Origin: Acutalibacteraceae bacterium
GTDB taxonomy: Bacteria; Bacillota; Clostridia; Oscillospirales; Acutalibacteraceae
Assembly (NCBI GenBank): GCA_051880695.1
Contig: JBJEOK010000049.1
Coordinates: 300 to 64,299, forward strand
Length of the DNA stretch: 64,000 nucleotides
Direction: 5' to 3'
Part shown: positions 18,634 through 28,678 of the stretch, one piece after another
How the letters are laid out: the number at the start of each line of letters is the position of its first letter
Numbering within the stretch: position 1 is the first letter of the stretch
Translations under genes and position numbers: made by a program
The notes under the pieces: generated by a model
Told to the model about the DNA's origin: nothing
What the model saw: the letters and a program-made list of their open reading frames with translations, nothing else
Databases searched by the model: none

Positions 18634-21141
18634 TCAATCTCTGTATTCTTCCATTACGAAGCACTCGAAAATGTCGCCCTCTTTAATATCGTTGAACTTT
18701 TCAAGACCGATACCGCATTCAAAGCCCGACATAACTTCCTTAACATCGTCTTTGAAACGGCGAAGTGAAGAGATGCTGTCTTCGGTAATAACAATGCCGT
18801 CACGGACAACACGGATTTGTGCGTTTCTTGCAACCTTGCCGTCAAGGACATATGAGCCGGCAATTTTACCTGCCGAAGAAAGATTCATAACATTACGAAC
18901 CTCAATTCTGCCAAGTGCAACCTCACGGAACTTAGGTGCAAGCATACCCTTCATAGCTGCTTCGATTTCTTCAATACAGTCATAGATAACTCTGTACATT
19001 CTCATTTCAACATTGTCTCTTTCGGCAAGAGTTTGCGCGTTTGTATCGGGACGGACATTGAAGCCTACGATAATTGCATTTGAAATAGATGCAAGCTGAA
19101 CGTCGCTTTCGTTAACGGCACCCACACCGCCGTGAATAACCGAAACCTTGACTTCCTCATTTGAAAGCTTTTCAAGGTTTTGCTTAACAGCTTCAACGGA
19201 ACCGTTGACATCGGCCTTAACAACAATGTTAAGCTCTTTCATTTCACCCTCTTTAAGTGAGGAGAACAGGTTATCAAGTGTAACCTTTTGCTGTGCATTC
19301 CACTGCTCTTGCTTTGCGTCATGCTTTTTCTTTTCAACAAGCTCCCTTGCAAGCTTTTCGTCAGATGCAACGTCAAAGGTGTCACCTGCGTTAGGTGTGA
19401 CGTCAAGACCTGTAATTTCAACGGGCACCGAGGGACCTGCCTGCTTAATGCGCTGACCTCTTTCATTGCTCATAACCCTTACACGGCCTACGGACTGACC
19501 TGCAACAACAATGTCGCCTGCGTTAAGTGTACCGTTTTGAACAAGAAGCGTTGCAATAGGTCCGCGGCCCTTGTCAAGTCTTGCTTCAATAACAACGCCC
19601 TTTGCGGCTCTGTTGGGATTAGCCTTTAGCTCTGCCATTTCGGCAACAAGAAGTATTGATTCAAGCAGTGAGTCAATTCCCATGTGAGTTTTAGCCGAAA
19701 CGGGCACACAGATTGTTTCACCGCCCCATTCTTCGGGAACAAGACCGTGTTCTGTAAGCTGCTGCTTTATTCTTTCGGGGTTTGCACCCTCTTTATCCAT
19801 TTTGTTGATAGCTACAATAATTTGTACCTTTGCAGCCTTTGCGTGATTGATAGCTTCAATTGTCTGAGGCATAATACCGTCGTCTGCGGCAACAACAAGC
19901 ACTGCAATATCCGTAGCCATAGCACCTCTTGCTCTCATTGAGGTGAAAGCGGCGTGACCCGGTGTGTCAAGGAAAGTAATCTTCTGTCCGTCAAGGTCAA
20001 CTCTGTAAGCACCGATGTGCTGTGTGATACCGCCTGCCTCTGTTGCGGTAACGGAAGCGTTACGGATAGCGTCAAGAATTGAGGTTTTACCGTGGTCAAC
20101 GTGACCCATAACAACAACAACGGGGTCACGGGGAAGAAGCTCGTCTTCACTGTCAACACGGTCGTCAATAATTCTTTCCTCAATGGAAACAACAACCTCT
20201 TTTTCAACCTTTGCGCCAAGCTCTGTTGCAACAATTTCGGCAGTATCGAAGTCGATAACCTGATTAACCGTTGCCATTGTGCCCAGCTTGAACATTTCCT
20301 TTATAACCTCGGCGGCAGTTCTTCTCAAAAGCTCTGCAAGACCGCCTACTGTAATTTCATCGGGAATTTTAATTGTAAGGGTTTTCTTTGCTCTTTCGCC
20401 GGCAATTCTTTTAAGTCTTTCTGCCTCGGTCTCACGTTTACCCGAACGTGTACCCTGCTTGCGGTACTGCTGGCTCTTTTGCTTGAGCTTTTGCTTGTTT
20501 GAGCCCATATCGTTCATACGGTTTGCCGGAGCGATTTCTTCGTATCTTTCGTTGTACTTTTCAAGGTCAACATTACTGCTTCTTGTGTCAACGTATCTCT
20601 TTTCGCCCTTAGTTCTTGCCTGAATTTTATCGCTCTTTTCCTTTTTGGATTGAGCCGGTTGATGTTGAGGCTGAGGCTTCTTTTCAGCCGGCTTTTCTGA
20701 AGGCTTGCCGGCTTCCTTTTTAGCCTGAGGCTTCTTTTCAGCCTTAGCGGGAGCCTTTTCATCTTTTGCTTCTTTAGCGGGCTTTTTCTCTGCCTTAGCG
20801 GAAGCCTTTTCAGCTTTCTTTTCCTCTTTCTTTTCTTCTTTTGCAGTAACTTCCTCTTTTACGGGAGTTTCCTCAGCTTCTTCGGGAGCTTCTTCGGGAG
20901 CATTTGCGGCGGCCTCTTTAGCCTGTCTCTCTCTTTCGCCTGCCGCAAAAAATGCGTCAAAGGAAGCAACCTCATTTTGCTGAGTGATTGTTTCAAAAAT
21001 AATGTCAAGCTCTCTATCCTCAAGAGCAGTCATGTGTTTTCTTACTTCATCTGTATGCTTTTCAAGAATTTCAAGAATTTTTTTACTGTTAATACCGAAA
21101 TCCTTTGCAACCTCATGTACTCTGTACTTTTCTCTTGGCAT
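18634..21141 (-). CDS. infB: translation initiation factor IF-2
   Basis: '[12 protein letters not shown]', 'DTPGHAAF' and 'NKMDK', with a low-complexity K/E/A N-terminal region. ATG 21141 has better SD spacing than 21150. Confidence 0.95.
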   Translation of the reverse strand: MPREKYRVHEVAKDFGINSKKILEILEKHTDEVRKHMTALEDRELDIIFETITQQNEVASFDAFFAAGERERQAKEAAANAPEEAPEEAEETPVKEEVTAKEEKKEEKKAEKASAKAEKKPAKEAKDEKAPAKAEKKPQAKKEAGKPSEKPAEKKPQPQHQPAQSKKEKSDKIQARTKGEKRYVDTRSSNVDLEKYNERYEEIAPANRMNDMGSNKQKLKQKSQQYRKQGTRSGKRETEAERLKRIAGERAKKTLTIKIPDEITVGGLAELLRRTAAEVIKEMFKLGTMATVNQVIDFDTAEIVATELGAKVEKEVVVSIEERIIDDRVDSEDELLPRDPVVVVMGHVDHGKTSILDAIRNASVTATEAGGITQHIGAYRVDLDGQKITFLDTPGHAAFTSMRARGAMATDIAVLVVAADDGIMPQTIEAINHAKAAKVQIIVAINKMDKEGANPERIKQQLTEHGLVPEEWGGETICVPVSAKTHMGIDSLLESILLVAEMAELKANPNRAAKGVVIEARLDKGRGPIATLLVQNGTLNAGDIVVAGQSVGRVRVMSNERGQRIKQAGPSVPVEITGLDVTPNAGDTFDVASDEKLARELVEKKKHDAKQEQWNAQQKVTLDNLFSSLKEGEMKELNIVVKADVNGSVEAVKQNLEKLSNEEVKVSVIHGGVGAVNESDVQLASISNAIIVGFNVRPDTNAQTLAERDNVEMRMYRVIYDCIEEIEAAMKGMLAPKFREVALGRIEVRNVMNLSSAGKIAGSYVLDGKVARNAQIRVVRDGIVITEDSISSLRRFKDDVKEVMSGFECGIGLEKFNDIKEGDIFECFVMEEYRD

Positions 21142-21161
21142 TAGTATCATTCCTTTCTGCC

Positions 21162-21485
21162 TTAATCAATTGTATTTTCTGCCTCATACTTTTCTTTCAA
21201 TACCTTTGCAAAACCCTCATCGTTTACGGTGATAACCGCCGCTTTTGAGCCTATTGCCTTTGAAAGAGTAAGTGTGTCATACTTCACGTTTAAAATTTCT
21301 ATGTTCTTTCCGCCGTAATTACAGGCGTGAGCCATTTCTCTTTTAAGCCTGTCAGAGCCCTCAAGGGAAATTATGCAAAGCTTTGCCTGATTTTTAACTA
21401 CCGAGGAAATTGCCGCATCGTGACCGAGGGAAAGTCTGCCGCTTTTTCTTGCCATACCCAGAAGACTTAAAAATTTATCATTCAT
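21162..21485 (-). CDS. ylxQ: L7Ae-family RNA-binding protein YlxQ
   Basis: '[14 protein letters not shown]' L7Ae/L30e-like motif. Lies between ylxR and infB. Start ATG 21485 overlaps the ylxR end. Confidence 0.8.
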   Translation of the reverse strand: MNDKFLSLLGMARKSGRLSLGHDAAISSVVKNQAKLCIISLEGSDRLKREMAHACNYGGKNIEILNVKYDTLTLSKAIGSKAAVITVNDEGFAKVLKEKYEAENTID

Positions 21486-21771
21486 CTTCTTCAATCTCCG
21501 TAAGCATTTTTGAAAAAATTTCGTCGGGGATTTTGCACTGCAGGTTTTTTTCAAAACGCTTTGCCTTTTGTGCATTTTTTAAACATTCAACATTTTTGCA
21601 GATGTATGCTCCCCTGCCTGCCGCCTTTCCTTTTTTGTCAAGGCTTATGGTGTAAGTTTCCTCACCGTCAGCTTCGCCTGTTTTGGTTTTTACAACCCTT
21701 ACAAGGTCCCTTTTCGGTTTCATCTCCATACAGCCCAGACATTTTCTCATTGGTATTTTTTTGTTTGTCAT
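21478..21771 (-). CDS. ylxR: YlxR/RnpM-family RNA-binding protein (DUF448)
   Basis: 'RKCLGCMEMKPKRDLVRVV' and 'GRGAYIC' signatures. Follows nusA. Confidence 0.88.
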   Translation of the reverse strand: MTNKKIPMRKCLGCMEMKPKRDLVRVVKTKTGEADGEETYTISLDKKGKAAGRGAYICKNVECLKNAQKAKRFEKNLQCKIPDEIFSKMLTEIEEDE

Positions 21772-21793
21772 TTTATGCCGCCCCTTTTACTTT

Positions 21794-22840
21794 TTATGCG
21801 TTGGCACTGCTGAGGGGTTTAATGTCAATTTTCCAGCCTGTAAGCTTTGCGGCAAGGCGAACATTTTGACCCTTGTTGCCTATTGCAAGCGAAAGCTGAC
21901 TGTCGGGTACAATTGCACGGCAGCTTTTTGCACCTGAGGGATCAACGGTAACTGTGAGCACCTCTGCAGGAGCTAAAGCGGCGCCTATATAAGCTTCGGG
22001 CTCATCACTGTAACGAACTATATCAATTTTTTCACCGCAGAGACTTTCAACAATGTTGTTGACTCTCTGTCCCTGATGTCCTATGCAGGCACCTACTGCG
22101 TCAACGTCTGCATTGTTGCTCTTAACGGCAATCTTTGTTCTTGAGCCTGCCTCCCTTGAAACAGAAACGATTTCAACAACACCGTCATAAATTTCGGGAA
22201 CCTCCTGCTCAAAAAGACCTCTTACAAAACCGGGGTGCTTTCTTGAAATTGTGGCATAGCTTGTGCCTGTCTCCTGAACAATTGAGGAGACGTAAACCTT
22301 AATAAGGTCGCCTGCGTTAAGCTTTTCGCCGGGGATCATTTCGCTTCTGTTAAGAATTGCCGTTGCTCTGCCGATTGAAATTGAAGCGTCGCCTGTGTCC
22401 GGGTAAACAATTTCAACCTTAGCTGTAACAACCTCGTGATTTCTGTTTTGAATTTCTTTTGCCGCAAGCTCTCTTTCAGCCTCTCTGATACCCTGACGGA
22501 TAACGCTCTTAGCTGTCTGTGCAACAATTCTGCCGAACTTTTTGGGGTCTATGTCAAGTTCAATTGTTCCGCCTACCACTGCGTTTTCATCATAGTTTCT
22601 GGCTTGGTCAACAGTCATTTCAGCGCCCGGCTCGAGCACCTCGTCAACAACGTCAATCTTAACGTAAACTCTCATGCTTCTTTTTTCGGGGTTGATTTCA
22701 CAAACTACATTATCTCTTGAGCCGTAGCTGTTTTTTGTTGCGGAAAGAATAGCTGCGTTAATTTTTTCAAAGATATATTCCGAGGATATACCTTTTTCCT
22801 TTTCAAGAAGCTCAACTGCTTCAAAAAATTCTTTGTTCAT
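21794..22840 (-). CDS. nusA: transcription termination/antitermination factor NusA
   Basis: 348 aa with S1 + KH domains ('CIGHQGQRVNNI', 'AIGNKGQNVRLA'). Confidence 0.95.
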   Translation of the reverse strand: MNKEFFEAVELLEKEKGISSEYIFEKINAAILSATKNSYGSRDNVVCEINPEKRSMRVYVKIDVVDEVLEPGAEMTVDQARNYDENAVVGGTIELDIDPKKFGRIVAQTAKSVIRQGIREAERELAAKEIQNRNHEVVTAKVEIVYPDTGDASISIGRATAILNRSEMIPGEKLNAGDLIKVYVSSIVQETGTSYATISRKHPGFVRGLFEQEVPEIYDGVVEIVSVSREAGSRTKIAVKSNNADVDAVGACIGHQGQRVNNIVESLCGEKIDIVRYSDEPEAYIGAALAPAEVLTVTVDPSGAKSCRAIVPDSQLSLAIGNKGQNVRLAAKLTGWKIDIKPLSSANA

Positions 22841-22881
22841 TTTTTGTCATTCACCTTTCTTTTTATATATTAGCTCTTTAC

Positions 22882-23352
22882 TTATATATCAAAATCATCG
22901 AGTTTTATCCACGAGGCCTCTTTCTTATTGAAAGTGAAACCGCCCTCGCCGTCAAGTCTCAATGTTACATTACCGTCCTCATAATTTTCAAGTATTCCTG
23001 AAAATTCCCTTTTACCGTCAACAGGTCTTATCATTTTAACCTTGATTTTTTCACCTATGAAGCGTAAAAAATGCTCATCCTTTACAAGCTCCCTTTCAAC
23101 TCCCGGTGAGCTTACCTCAAGTAAATAAGCCTGCTCAATGGGGTCTTCTTCGTCAAGTACGGGGTTAATTGCGTGGGTCATATCAACACAGTCGTCAATA
23201 CTTACACCGCCGTCTTTGTCAATAAAAATACGCAAGTACCAATCTGCACCCTCTTTTAAAAAGCGTACGTCCCAGATTTCAAGACCTAACTGCTTTGCAA
23301 GAGGCTCTGCCAAATCCCATACCTTTTTTACGGTATTACCGCCTTTAGCCAT
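22882..23352 (-). CDS. rimP: ribosome maturation factor RimP
   Basis: 'LEIWDVRF ... YLRIFIDK.GGVSIDDC' and 'LEVSSPG'. Start ATG 23352 (the ORF is open further upstream, but the extension has no homology-like sequence). Confidence 0.9.
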   Translation of the reverse strand: MAKGGNTVKKVWDLAEPLAKQLGLEIWDVRFLKEGADWYLRIFIDKDGGVSIDDCVDMTHAINPVLDEEDPIEQAYLLEVSSPGVERELVKDEHFLRFIGEKIKVKMIRPVDGKREFSGILENYEDGNVTLRLDGEGGFTFNKKEASWIKLDDFDI

Positions 23353-23523
23353 ACCTACCACCCTTTCTCGAATTTGCAATAAAGAAGAGTGGGCCCTCGT
23401 AAAAAAGCCCACTCTACCATAGAGACTGTTTGTATTATACCACACTGTTTTAATTTTAGCAAGTATTTTTACAAAACTTTTTATCTTGTAGCTTTTTATC
23501 CGATTTTTTCAAGTAAAAAGCCT

Positions 23524-24000
23524 TTATTTATGATACTTTGTACCTAAAGAAATCTGTCCTGCCCTGTAAAGCTGTTCAAAAAGCATAATCCTTGCAATTT
23601 GGTGAGGGAAAGTCATTTTGCTCATTGAAAGCCGTCTTTTACTCAAGGCTTTTACTTCATCGGAGAGCCCGTATGAACTGCCTATAATAAACACTGCCGT
23701 GCTTATGCCCGAAAGTGCTAAGCTTTCAAGCTCACCTGAAAGCTCCTCACTTGAAAGCTGTTTTCCCTCTATACAAAGAGTATATACGGCGGCACCCTTA
23801 GGTATCTTCTCTGTAATTTTTTTAGCTTCGGCTTTAAGTGCCGTATCAATTTCCTTTTGAGACGGATTATCACTCAGCTTTTCCGGTGTAAGCTCCGTAA
23901 CGGTAAGCTTGCCGCCCATTCTCTTTATGTATTCTTTGGAAGCGTCACGCAAGTAAGCTTCCTTCAGCTTGCCTAAGCATATTACATTCAAGTTGACCAC
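23524..24000 (-). CDS. rlmH: 23S rRNA (pseudouridine1915-N3)-methyltransferase
   Basis: 158 aa SPOUT fold with 'IIGSSYGLS' and 'SMSKMTFPHQ.AR..L.EQLYRA'. Confidence 0.9.
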   Translation of the reverse strand: MVNLNVICLGKLKEAYLRDASKEYIKRMGGKLTVTELTPEKLSDNPSQKEIDTALKAEAKKITEKIPKGAAVYTLCIEGKQLSSEELSGELESLALSGISTAVFIIGSSYGLSDEVKALSKRRLSMSKMTFPHQIARIMLFEQLYRAGQISLGTKYHK

Positions 24001-24009
24001 AGCTGCACC

Positions 24010-24798
24010 TCAAAATCTGACTATACCGCCGTCATTTTCTTTTTTGTTTACCTCAAGAATAAAGTCCCTGCCGTTTACCGCGCCTATTTCACTTGTTGCC
24101 GAAAGGCTTGTTTGATATGCAAGGTCAGGGAAGTTGTTTTCATCGCTCAGGTGACCTAAGAAAACTCTGCTTGTGCCTTTTGAAACAAGCTCCTTGACAA
24201 ATTCTGCACAAGCTATGTTTGAAAGGTGTCCGTTATCAGAGAGTATTCGCCTTTTAAGGTAGTAGGGGTAGGGTCCGTTTTGAAGCATACCCTCATCGTG
24301 ATTAGACTCGAGCATAACAAGGCTGCAGCCTTTTATGTTTTCACGCATGATTTCGGTAACACAGCCTGTATCAGTGGCAATTGCCGCCTTTTCACCGCTT
24401 TCAAAGGTTATTTGATAACCGCAGCTTTCCAAGCTGTCATGAGGCGTTTTAAAGCTCCTTATGAAAATGTCACCTATTTCAACACCTTTTTCATCAATTA
24501 TTTCATAAGGGAATTTACCTGTGACGTGGCCGTTTTTTTCAAGAAAACTCATTGTGCCCTCTGTGGCATAAACGGGAATTTTATAAGTTGATGCTAAAAT
24601 CCTCATACCGTTTATGTGGTCACTGTGCTCATGGGTGATGAAAATTCCCCCAAGCTTTGACGGGTCAATTTCTCTTTGCAATAAAGCCTCCTTGAGCCTT
24701 TTGGCACTTACACCGGCATCAACAAGTATGCCCGTTTTAGCCGAGCCTATAAATATGCTGTTTCCTGACGAGGAAGAAAAAAGTGAACAAAAACGCAT
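24010..24798 (-). CDS. MBL-fold metallo-hydrolase (YycJ/WalJ-like)
   Basis: 'HEHSDHINGM' HxHxDH motif. 262 aa. Confidence 0.8.
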   Translation of the reverse strand: MRFCSLFSSSSGNSIFIGSAKTGILVDAGVSAKRLKEALLQREIDPSKLGGIFITHEHSDHINGMRILASTYKIPVYATEGTMSFLEKNGHVTGKFPYEIIDEKGVEIGDIFIRSFKTPHDSLESCGYQITFESGEKAAIATDTGCVTEIMRENIKGCSLVMLESNHDEGMLQNGPYPYYLKRRILSDNGHLSNIACAEFVKELVSKGTSRVFLGHLSDENNFPDLAYQTSLSATSEIGAVNGRDFILEVNKKENDGGIVRF

Positions 24799-24844
24799 AA
24801 TATACCTCTATTTTAATTTATAAACAGTCCTGCTTGCAAAATTT

Positions 24845-24881
24845 AAGGTCAGCTCCAGACTCAAAGAGTAAAGCTAACCTT
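24845..24881 (-). terminator. probable murA terminator using the recurrent aaggtcagct stem
   Basis: aaggtcagct 24845-24854 / agctaacctt 24872-24881. The mismatch becomes a G.U pair only in the minus-strand RNA. Weak U-run. Confidence 0.45.
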
Positions 24882-24934
24882 TAATTCATTTTATTAAGAA
24901 TCAGGATTTAAGGCTTTTCCCTTTTTCCTAATAA

Positions 24935-26218
24935 TTATATAGCTAAGTTTTTTCCGCTGTCGGGTATCATCTTACGGTAAATATCGGCACCTACACCCCG
25001 AAGCTTTTCAACATAGTCTTCGTAGCCTCTGTCTATATATTTTATATCTTCAATTTCAGTTGTGCCCTTTGCAATAAGACCTGCAATAATCATTGCCGCA
25101 CCTGCACGCAAATCATCTGCCCTGACGGGAGCGCCTGTAAGCTCAGGCACACCTGAAAATACGGCGATTGTGCCGTCAACGGTTACATCTGCGCCCATTC
25201 TTATAAGCTGGTCAACATATTTAAAGCGGTTATCCCAAACGCCCTCGGAAACTATACTTGTGCCTTGTGCAACCGTAAGAAGCACTGACATTTGAGGCTG
25301 CATATCCGTAGGGAAGCCGGGATGAGGCATAGTCTTAACATTGCATTTACGGAATTTACCATCGGAAACAATGCGGATATTGTCGTCATACTCGGTAACG
25401 GAAACACCGCACTCCATAAGCTTTGCCGTAATAGATTCAAGGTGCTTCGGAATAACATTCTTGATAAGCACATCTCCGCCTGTTGCAGCTGTAGCAACCA
25501 TATAAGTACCGGCTTCAATCTGGTCCGGAATTATTGAGTGAGTACATCCGTGAAGATTTTGTACACCGTGAATTTTAATAACATCGGTACCTGCACCTCT
25601 TACATCGGCGCCCATTGCATTGAGGAAGTTTGCAAGGTCAACAATATGAGGCTCCTTAGCCGCATGCTCAATTATGGTAAGTCCCCTTGCTTTTACGGCG
25701 GCAAGCATAATGTTTATAGTTGCACCTACGGAAACCTTATCCATATAAATTGGACTGCCTGTAAGACGGTCTGACTTAGCGTTAATCATACCGTTTTCAA
25801 CAGTGACGTCTGCACCTAAAAGCTCAAAGCCTCTGATATGAAGGTCGATAGGCCTTACGCCGAAATTACAGCCGCCGGGCAAAGCGACCTTTGCTCTTGA
25901 GTATCTGCCTAAAAGTGCACCGATGAGATAATAGGATGCGCGCATTTTGTTTGCCATTTCATAAGGTACAATATAAGAATTGACCGTTTTTGTGTTAATT
26001 TCAACAGTGTGTTTGTCGATATATCTGACCTTGGCACCCATTTGGCTGAGAATTTCCAGCATACATTTTACGTCACTTATATTGGGTAAATTTTCAAGTA
26101 TACAAACATCCTGAGCAAGCAAAGCTGCCGGAATAATGGCAACAGCCGCATTTTTGGCACCGCTGATTTCAATTTCGCCGGCAAGCTTGTTACCGCCGTG
26201 AATTACGAGCTTTTCCAA
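24935..26218 (-). CDS. murA: UDP-N-acetylglucosamine 1-carboxyvinyltransferase
   Basis: 'GAKNAAVAIIPAALLA' and active-site 'PGGCNFGVRPIDLH'. Likely TTG start at 26218 preceded by AGGAGA. The 44-aa upstream extension of the ORF is hydrophobic junk. Confidence 0.93.
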   Translation of the reverse strand: MEKLVIHGGNKLAGEIEISGAKNAAVAIIPAALLAQDVCILENLPNISDVKCMLEILSQMGAKVRYIDKHTVEINTKTVNSYIVPYEMANKMRASYYLIGALLGRYSRAKVALPGGCNFGVRPIDLHIRGFELLGADVTVENGMINAKSDRLTGSPIYMDKVSVGATINIMLAAVKARGLTIIEHAAKEPHIVDLANFLNAMGADVRGAGTDVIKIHGVQNLHGCTHSIIPDQIEAGTYMVATAATGGDVLIKNVIPKHLESITAKLMECGVSVTEYDDNIRIVSDGKFRKCNVKTMPHPGFPTDMQPQMSVLLTVAQGTSIVSEGVWDNRFKYVDQLIRMGADVTVDGTIAVFSGVPELTGAPVRADDLRAGAAMIIAGLIAKGTTEIEDIKYIDRGYEDYVEKLRGVGADIYRKMIPDSGKNLAI

Positions 26219-26608
26219 AATTAAATCTCCTCTTTCTTTTGTAATAGAAAAACGGAATTTTAAAATTCCCGAGGTCAAAGCCTCAAAAAATATAATGAAA
26301 AAGTGAACCGCCGAAAATGAGAGAAAATGTATAAAAAAACACAGGTTCACTTATTAAGTCGCTATTCAACTCGGGTATTATAACACTAAACCGAATAAAA
26401 AGAAAGACTTTTTCTGCCTTTTTGTTGAATATTCACTAAATATTTTTTTCTAAGCTGATATTTTAGTTCTTTTATAATGCAATAGCATAAAATTCATAGC
26501 TGTTTTTACAGTCAGTTAATCTTCTGTTTTTAGTTTTAACATATATCTTTGCCTTACAATTGACAATTTTTATTTCAAATACTTTTTTAATATTAAAGCT
26601 CTTTAGTG

Positions 26609-26637
26609 TTGAAAACTTCTTTTACTTTTGGTATAAT
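26609..26637 (+). promoter_or_regulatory. sigma-A promoter with extended -10 (TTGAAA-17-TGgTATAAT)
   Basis: ttgaaa 26609-26614, tg at 26629-26630, tataat 26632-26637. ATG at 26673. Confidence 0.6.
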
Positions 26638-26672
26638 TTTTCAGTAAATTTATTTAAAAGGGAGAATTTGCT

Positions 26673-27308
26673 ATGACACCTCTTGAAAAAGCACGCTTTC
26701 TTCAGGCAGAAACAATCATCAAAAACTTAGAAAAACGCAATATGACAGGCATCTACTGTGAAAGCAGGGAGGCTTGCCTTAAAACCGTACTTGAGCTTAT
26801 AGGCGACGGAAAAACAGTAAGCTGGGGCGGAAGCGAAAGTATGAAGCAGTGCGGTATTGCCGAGGCACTGAAAGCAAAAGGCACCTGCACAGTCCTTGAC
26901 CGCACCGAATATGCCCCCGAGGATATGAAGGATTTTTACACCAAAACCTTTAACGCAGATTACTTCATTATGGGCACAAACGCCATTACCCTTGACGGTG
27001 AGCTTGTAAACATTGACGGCAACGGCAACCGCCTTTCCTCGCTTATTTTCGGACCCGAGCACGTTATTGTTATTGCAGGCATCAACAAGGTTGCTTCTGA
27101 CTTAAAGGACGCTTTTTGGAGAGTTAGAAACATTGCTTCACCGCCTAACACAATAAGGCTCCAAAAAAACACACCCTGCACCAAAGACGGCAGATGTCAC
27201 GACTGTTTTTCACCGGACTGTATCTGCAACCAGATTGTTGTAACAAGAAGAAGCCGTGAAAAAGAAAGAATAATTGTCCTTTTGGTTAACGACTCATTGG
27301 GATTTTAA
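26673..27308 (+). CDS. LUD-domain (lactate-utilisation LutC/YkgG-like, DUF162) protein
   Basis: 211 aa with the LUD-type fold pattern and a C-terminal Cys cluster 'CTKDGRCHDCFSPDCIC'. GGGAGA SD. Confidence 0.6.
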   Translation: MTPLEKARFLQAETIIKNLEKRNMTGIYCESREACLKTVLELIGDGKTVSWGGSESMKQCGIAEALKAKGTCTVLDRTEYAPEDMKDFYTKTFNADYFIMGTNAITLDGELVNIDGNGNRLSSLIFGPEHVIVIAGINKVASDLKDAFWRVRNIASPPNTIRLQKNTPCTKDGRCHDCFSPDCICNQIVVTRRSREKERIIVLLVNDSLGF

Positions 27309-27323
27309 TTTGAGGTACAGCCT

Positions 27324-28589
27324 ATGAAAGCACCTTTAGCAGACAGACTGAGGCCGCGTACAATTGATGAAATGGTCGGTCAAAGCCATCTTTTAGCCCC
27401 CGGCAAGGCACTTAGAAATATCATAGATTCAGGTGAGCTTCCGAATCTTATTTTCTACGGCCCCTCGGGTATAGGCAAAACCACCCTTGCCTCAATTATC
27501 GCCCTTAAAACCAACCGCAAATTTCACAAATTAAACGGCACAAGTGCCGGCACTGCCGATATAAGAGCCATTGTAAACGAGCTTGACACCCTTGCCGCGC
27601 CTAACGGAATACTTTTATACCTTGATGAAATTCAGTACTTCAACAAAAAGCAGCAGCAAACCCTACTCGATTACATTGAGCGAGGCGAAATCACCCTAAT
27701 TGCTTCCACAACGGAAAACCCTTATTTTTACATACACTCGGCAATACTGAGCCGTTGTACCGTATTTGAATTTAAGAGCGTTACCCCACAGGAGATTGTG
27801 CCTGCGGTAAAAAGAGCCTTTAATGTTTTAGGTGATGAGCGTAATACGAAGATAATCGCTGACGATGACACAATACTTCACATAGCCCGTTCCTGCGGCG
27901 GCGATGTGAGAAAAGCCATAAACAGCGCAGAGCTGTGTATTTTAAGCACCCTGCCCGATGAAAGCGGCACCATAGTTGTCACTAAAGAAAAGGCACTTGA
28001 GCTTACACAGAAAAGTGCCATGAAATATGACAGAGAGGGCGACGAGCATTACGATATTCTTTCGGCTTTTCAAAAAAGTATGCGCGGCTCCGACCCGGAC
28101 GCGGCAATCCATTACCTTGCAAGGCTCCTTGAAGCGGGGGATATGCCCTCAGCCATAAGAAGACTTATGGTCTGCGCCTGTGAAGATGTAGGGCTTGCCT
28201 ATCCTATGATTATACCCATTGTAAAAGCTGCCGTTGACGCGGCGCTTATGGTAGGTATGCCCGAGGCTAGAATCCCCCTTGCCGATGCGGTTGTTTTAGT
28301 CTGCAACAGTCCCAAATCAAACTCCGCTTACCTTGCTTTTGACGCGGCTATGGCAGATATTAAAGCAGGCAATTCAGGTCCCATTCCCCGTCAGCTTCAG
28401 AACAAGCATTTTGACGGCGAGGACAATCAGAATAAAGGACAGTTCTACAAATATCCCCACGATTTTCCAAACCATTACACACCTCAGCAATACCTGCCCG
28501 ATAAAATAAAAAACCGCAGGTATTACCTTTACGGCGACAACAAAAACGAACAGGCGGCATCAGAGTATTGGAAGAAGATTAAGGGATAA
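27324..28589 (+). CDS. rarA: replication-associated recombination protein A (MgsA/RarA AAA+ ATPase)
   Basis: 'LADRLRP', 'GPSGIGKTTLA', 'LDEIQYFNK.QQ' and C-terminal 'QYLPD'. Confidence 0.93.
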   Translation: MKAPLADRLRPRTIDEMVGQSHLLAPGKALRNIIDSGELPNLIFYGPSGIGKTTLASIIALKTNRKFHKLNGTSAGTADIRAIVNELDTLAAPNGILLYLDEIQYFNKKQQQTLLDYIERGEITLIASTTENPYFYIHSAILSRCTVFEFKSVTPQEIVPAVKRAFNVLGDERNTKIIADDDTILHIARSCGGDVRKAINSAELCILSTLPDESGTIVVTKEKALELTQKSAMKYDREGDEHYDILSAFQKSMRGSDPDAAIHYLARLLEAGDMPSAIRRLMVCACEDVGLAYPMIIPIVKAAVDAALMVGMPEARIPLADAVVLVCNSPKSNSAYLAFDAAMADIKAGNSGPIPRQLQNKHFDGEDNQNKGQFYKYPHDFPNHYTPQQYLPDKIKNRRYYLYGDNKNEQAASEYWKKIKG

Positions 28590-28613
28590 CGGTCAGACGA
28601 TAAAATGCATAAA

Positions 28614-28648
28614 CAGAGGTCAGCTTTAAAGCACAAAGCTGACCTCTG
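28614..28648. terminator. bidirectional terminator between rarA and secA (cagaggtcagcttt stem)
   Basis: Perfect 14-bp stem cagaggtcagcttt/aaagctgacctctg with a 7-nt loop. Confidence 0.7.
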
Positions 28649-28678
28649 AATTTAACTTTAATATTTTACACTCTATCC

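Noticed and set aside
26219-26350. 44-aa N-terminal extension of MurA (GTG 26350)
   Set aside because: The extension is hydrophobic and Phe-rich with no MurA counterpart. An AGGAGA SD sits directly before the TTG at 26218, where the MurA homology ('LEKLVIHGG') begins.
26351-26672. 322-bp AT-rich intergenic region as origin, att site or sRNA locus
   Set aside because: There are no DnaA boxes, repeats or stable hairpins. It contains divergent promoters (murA on minus; TTGAAA-17-TGgTATAAT for the LUD gene), which accounts for the AT-richness.
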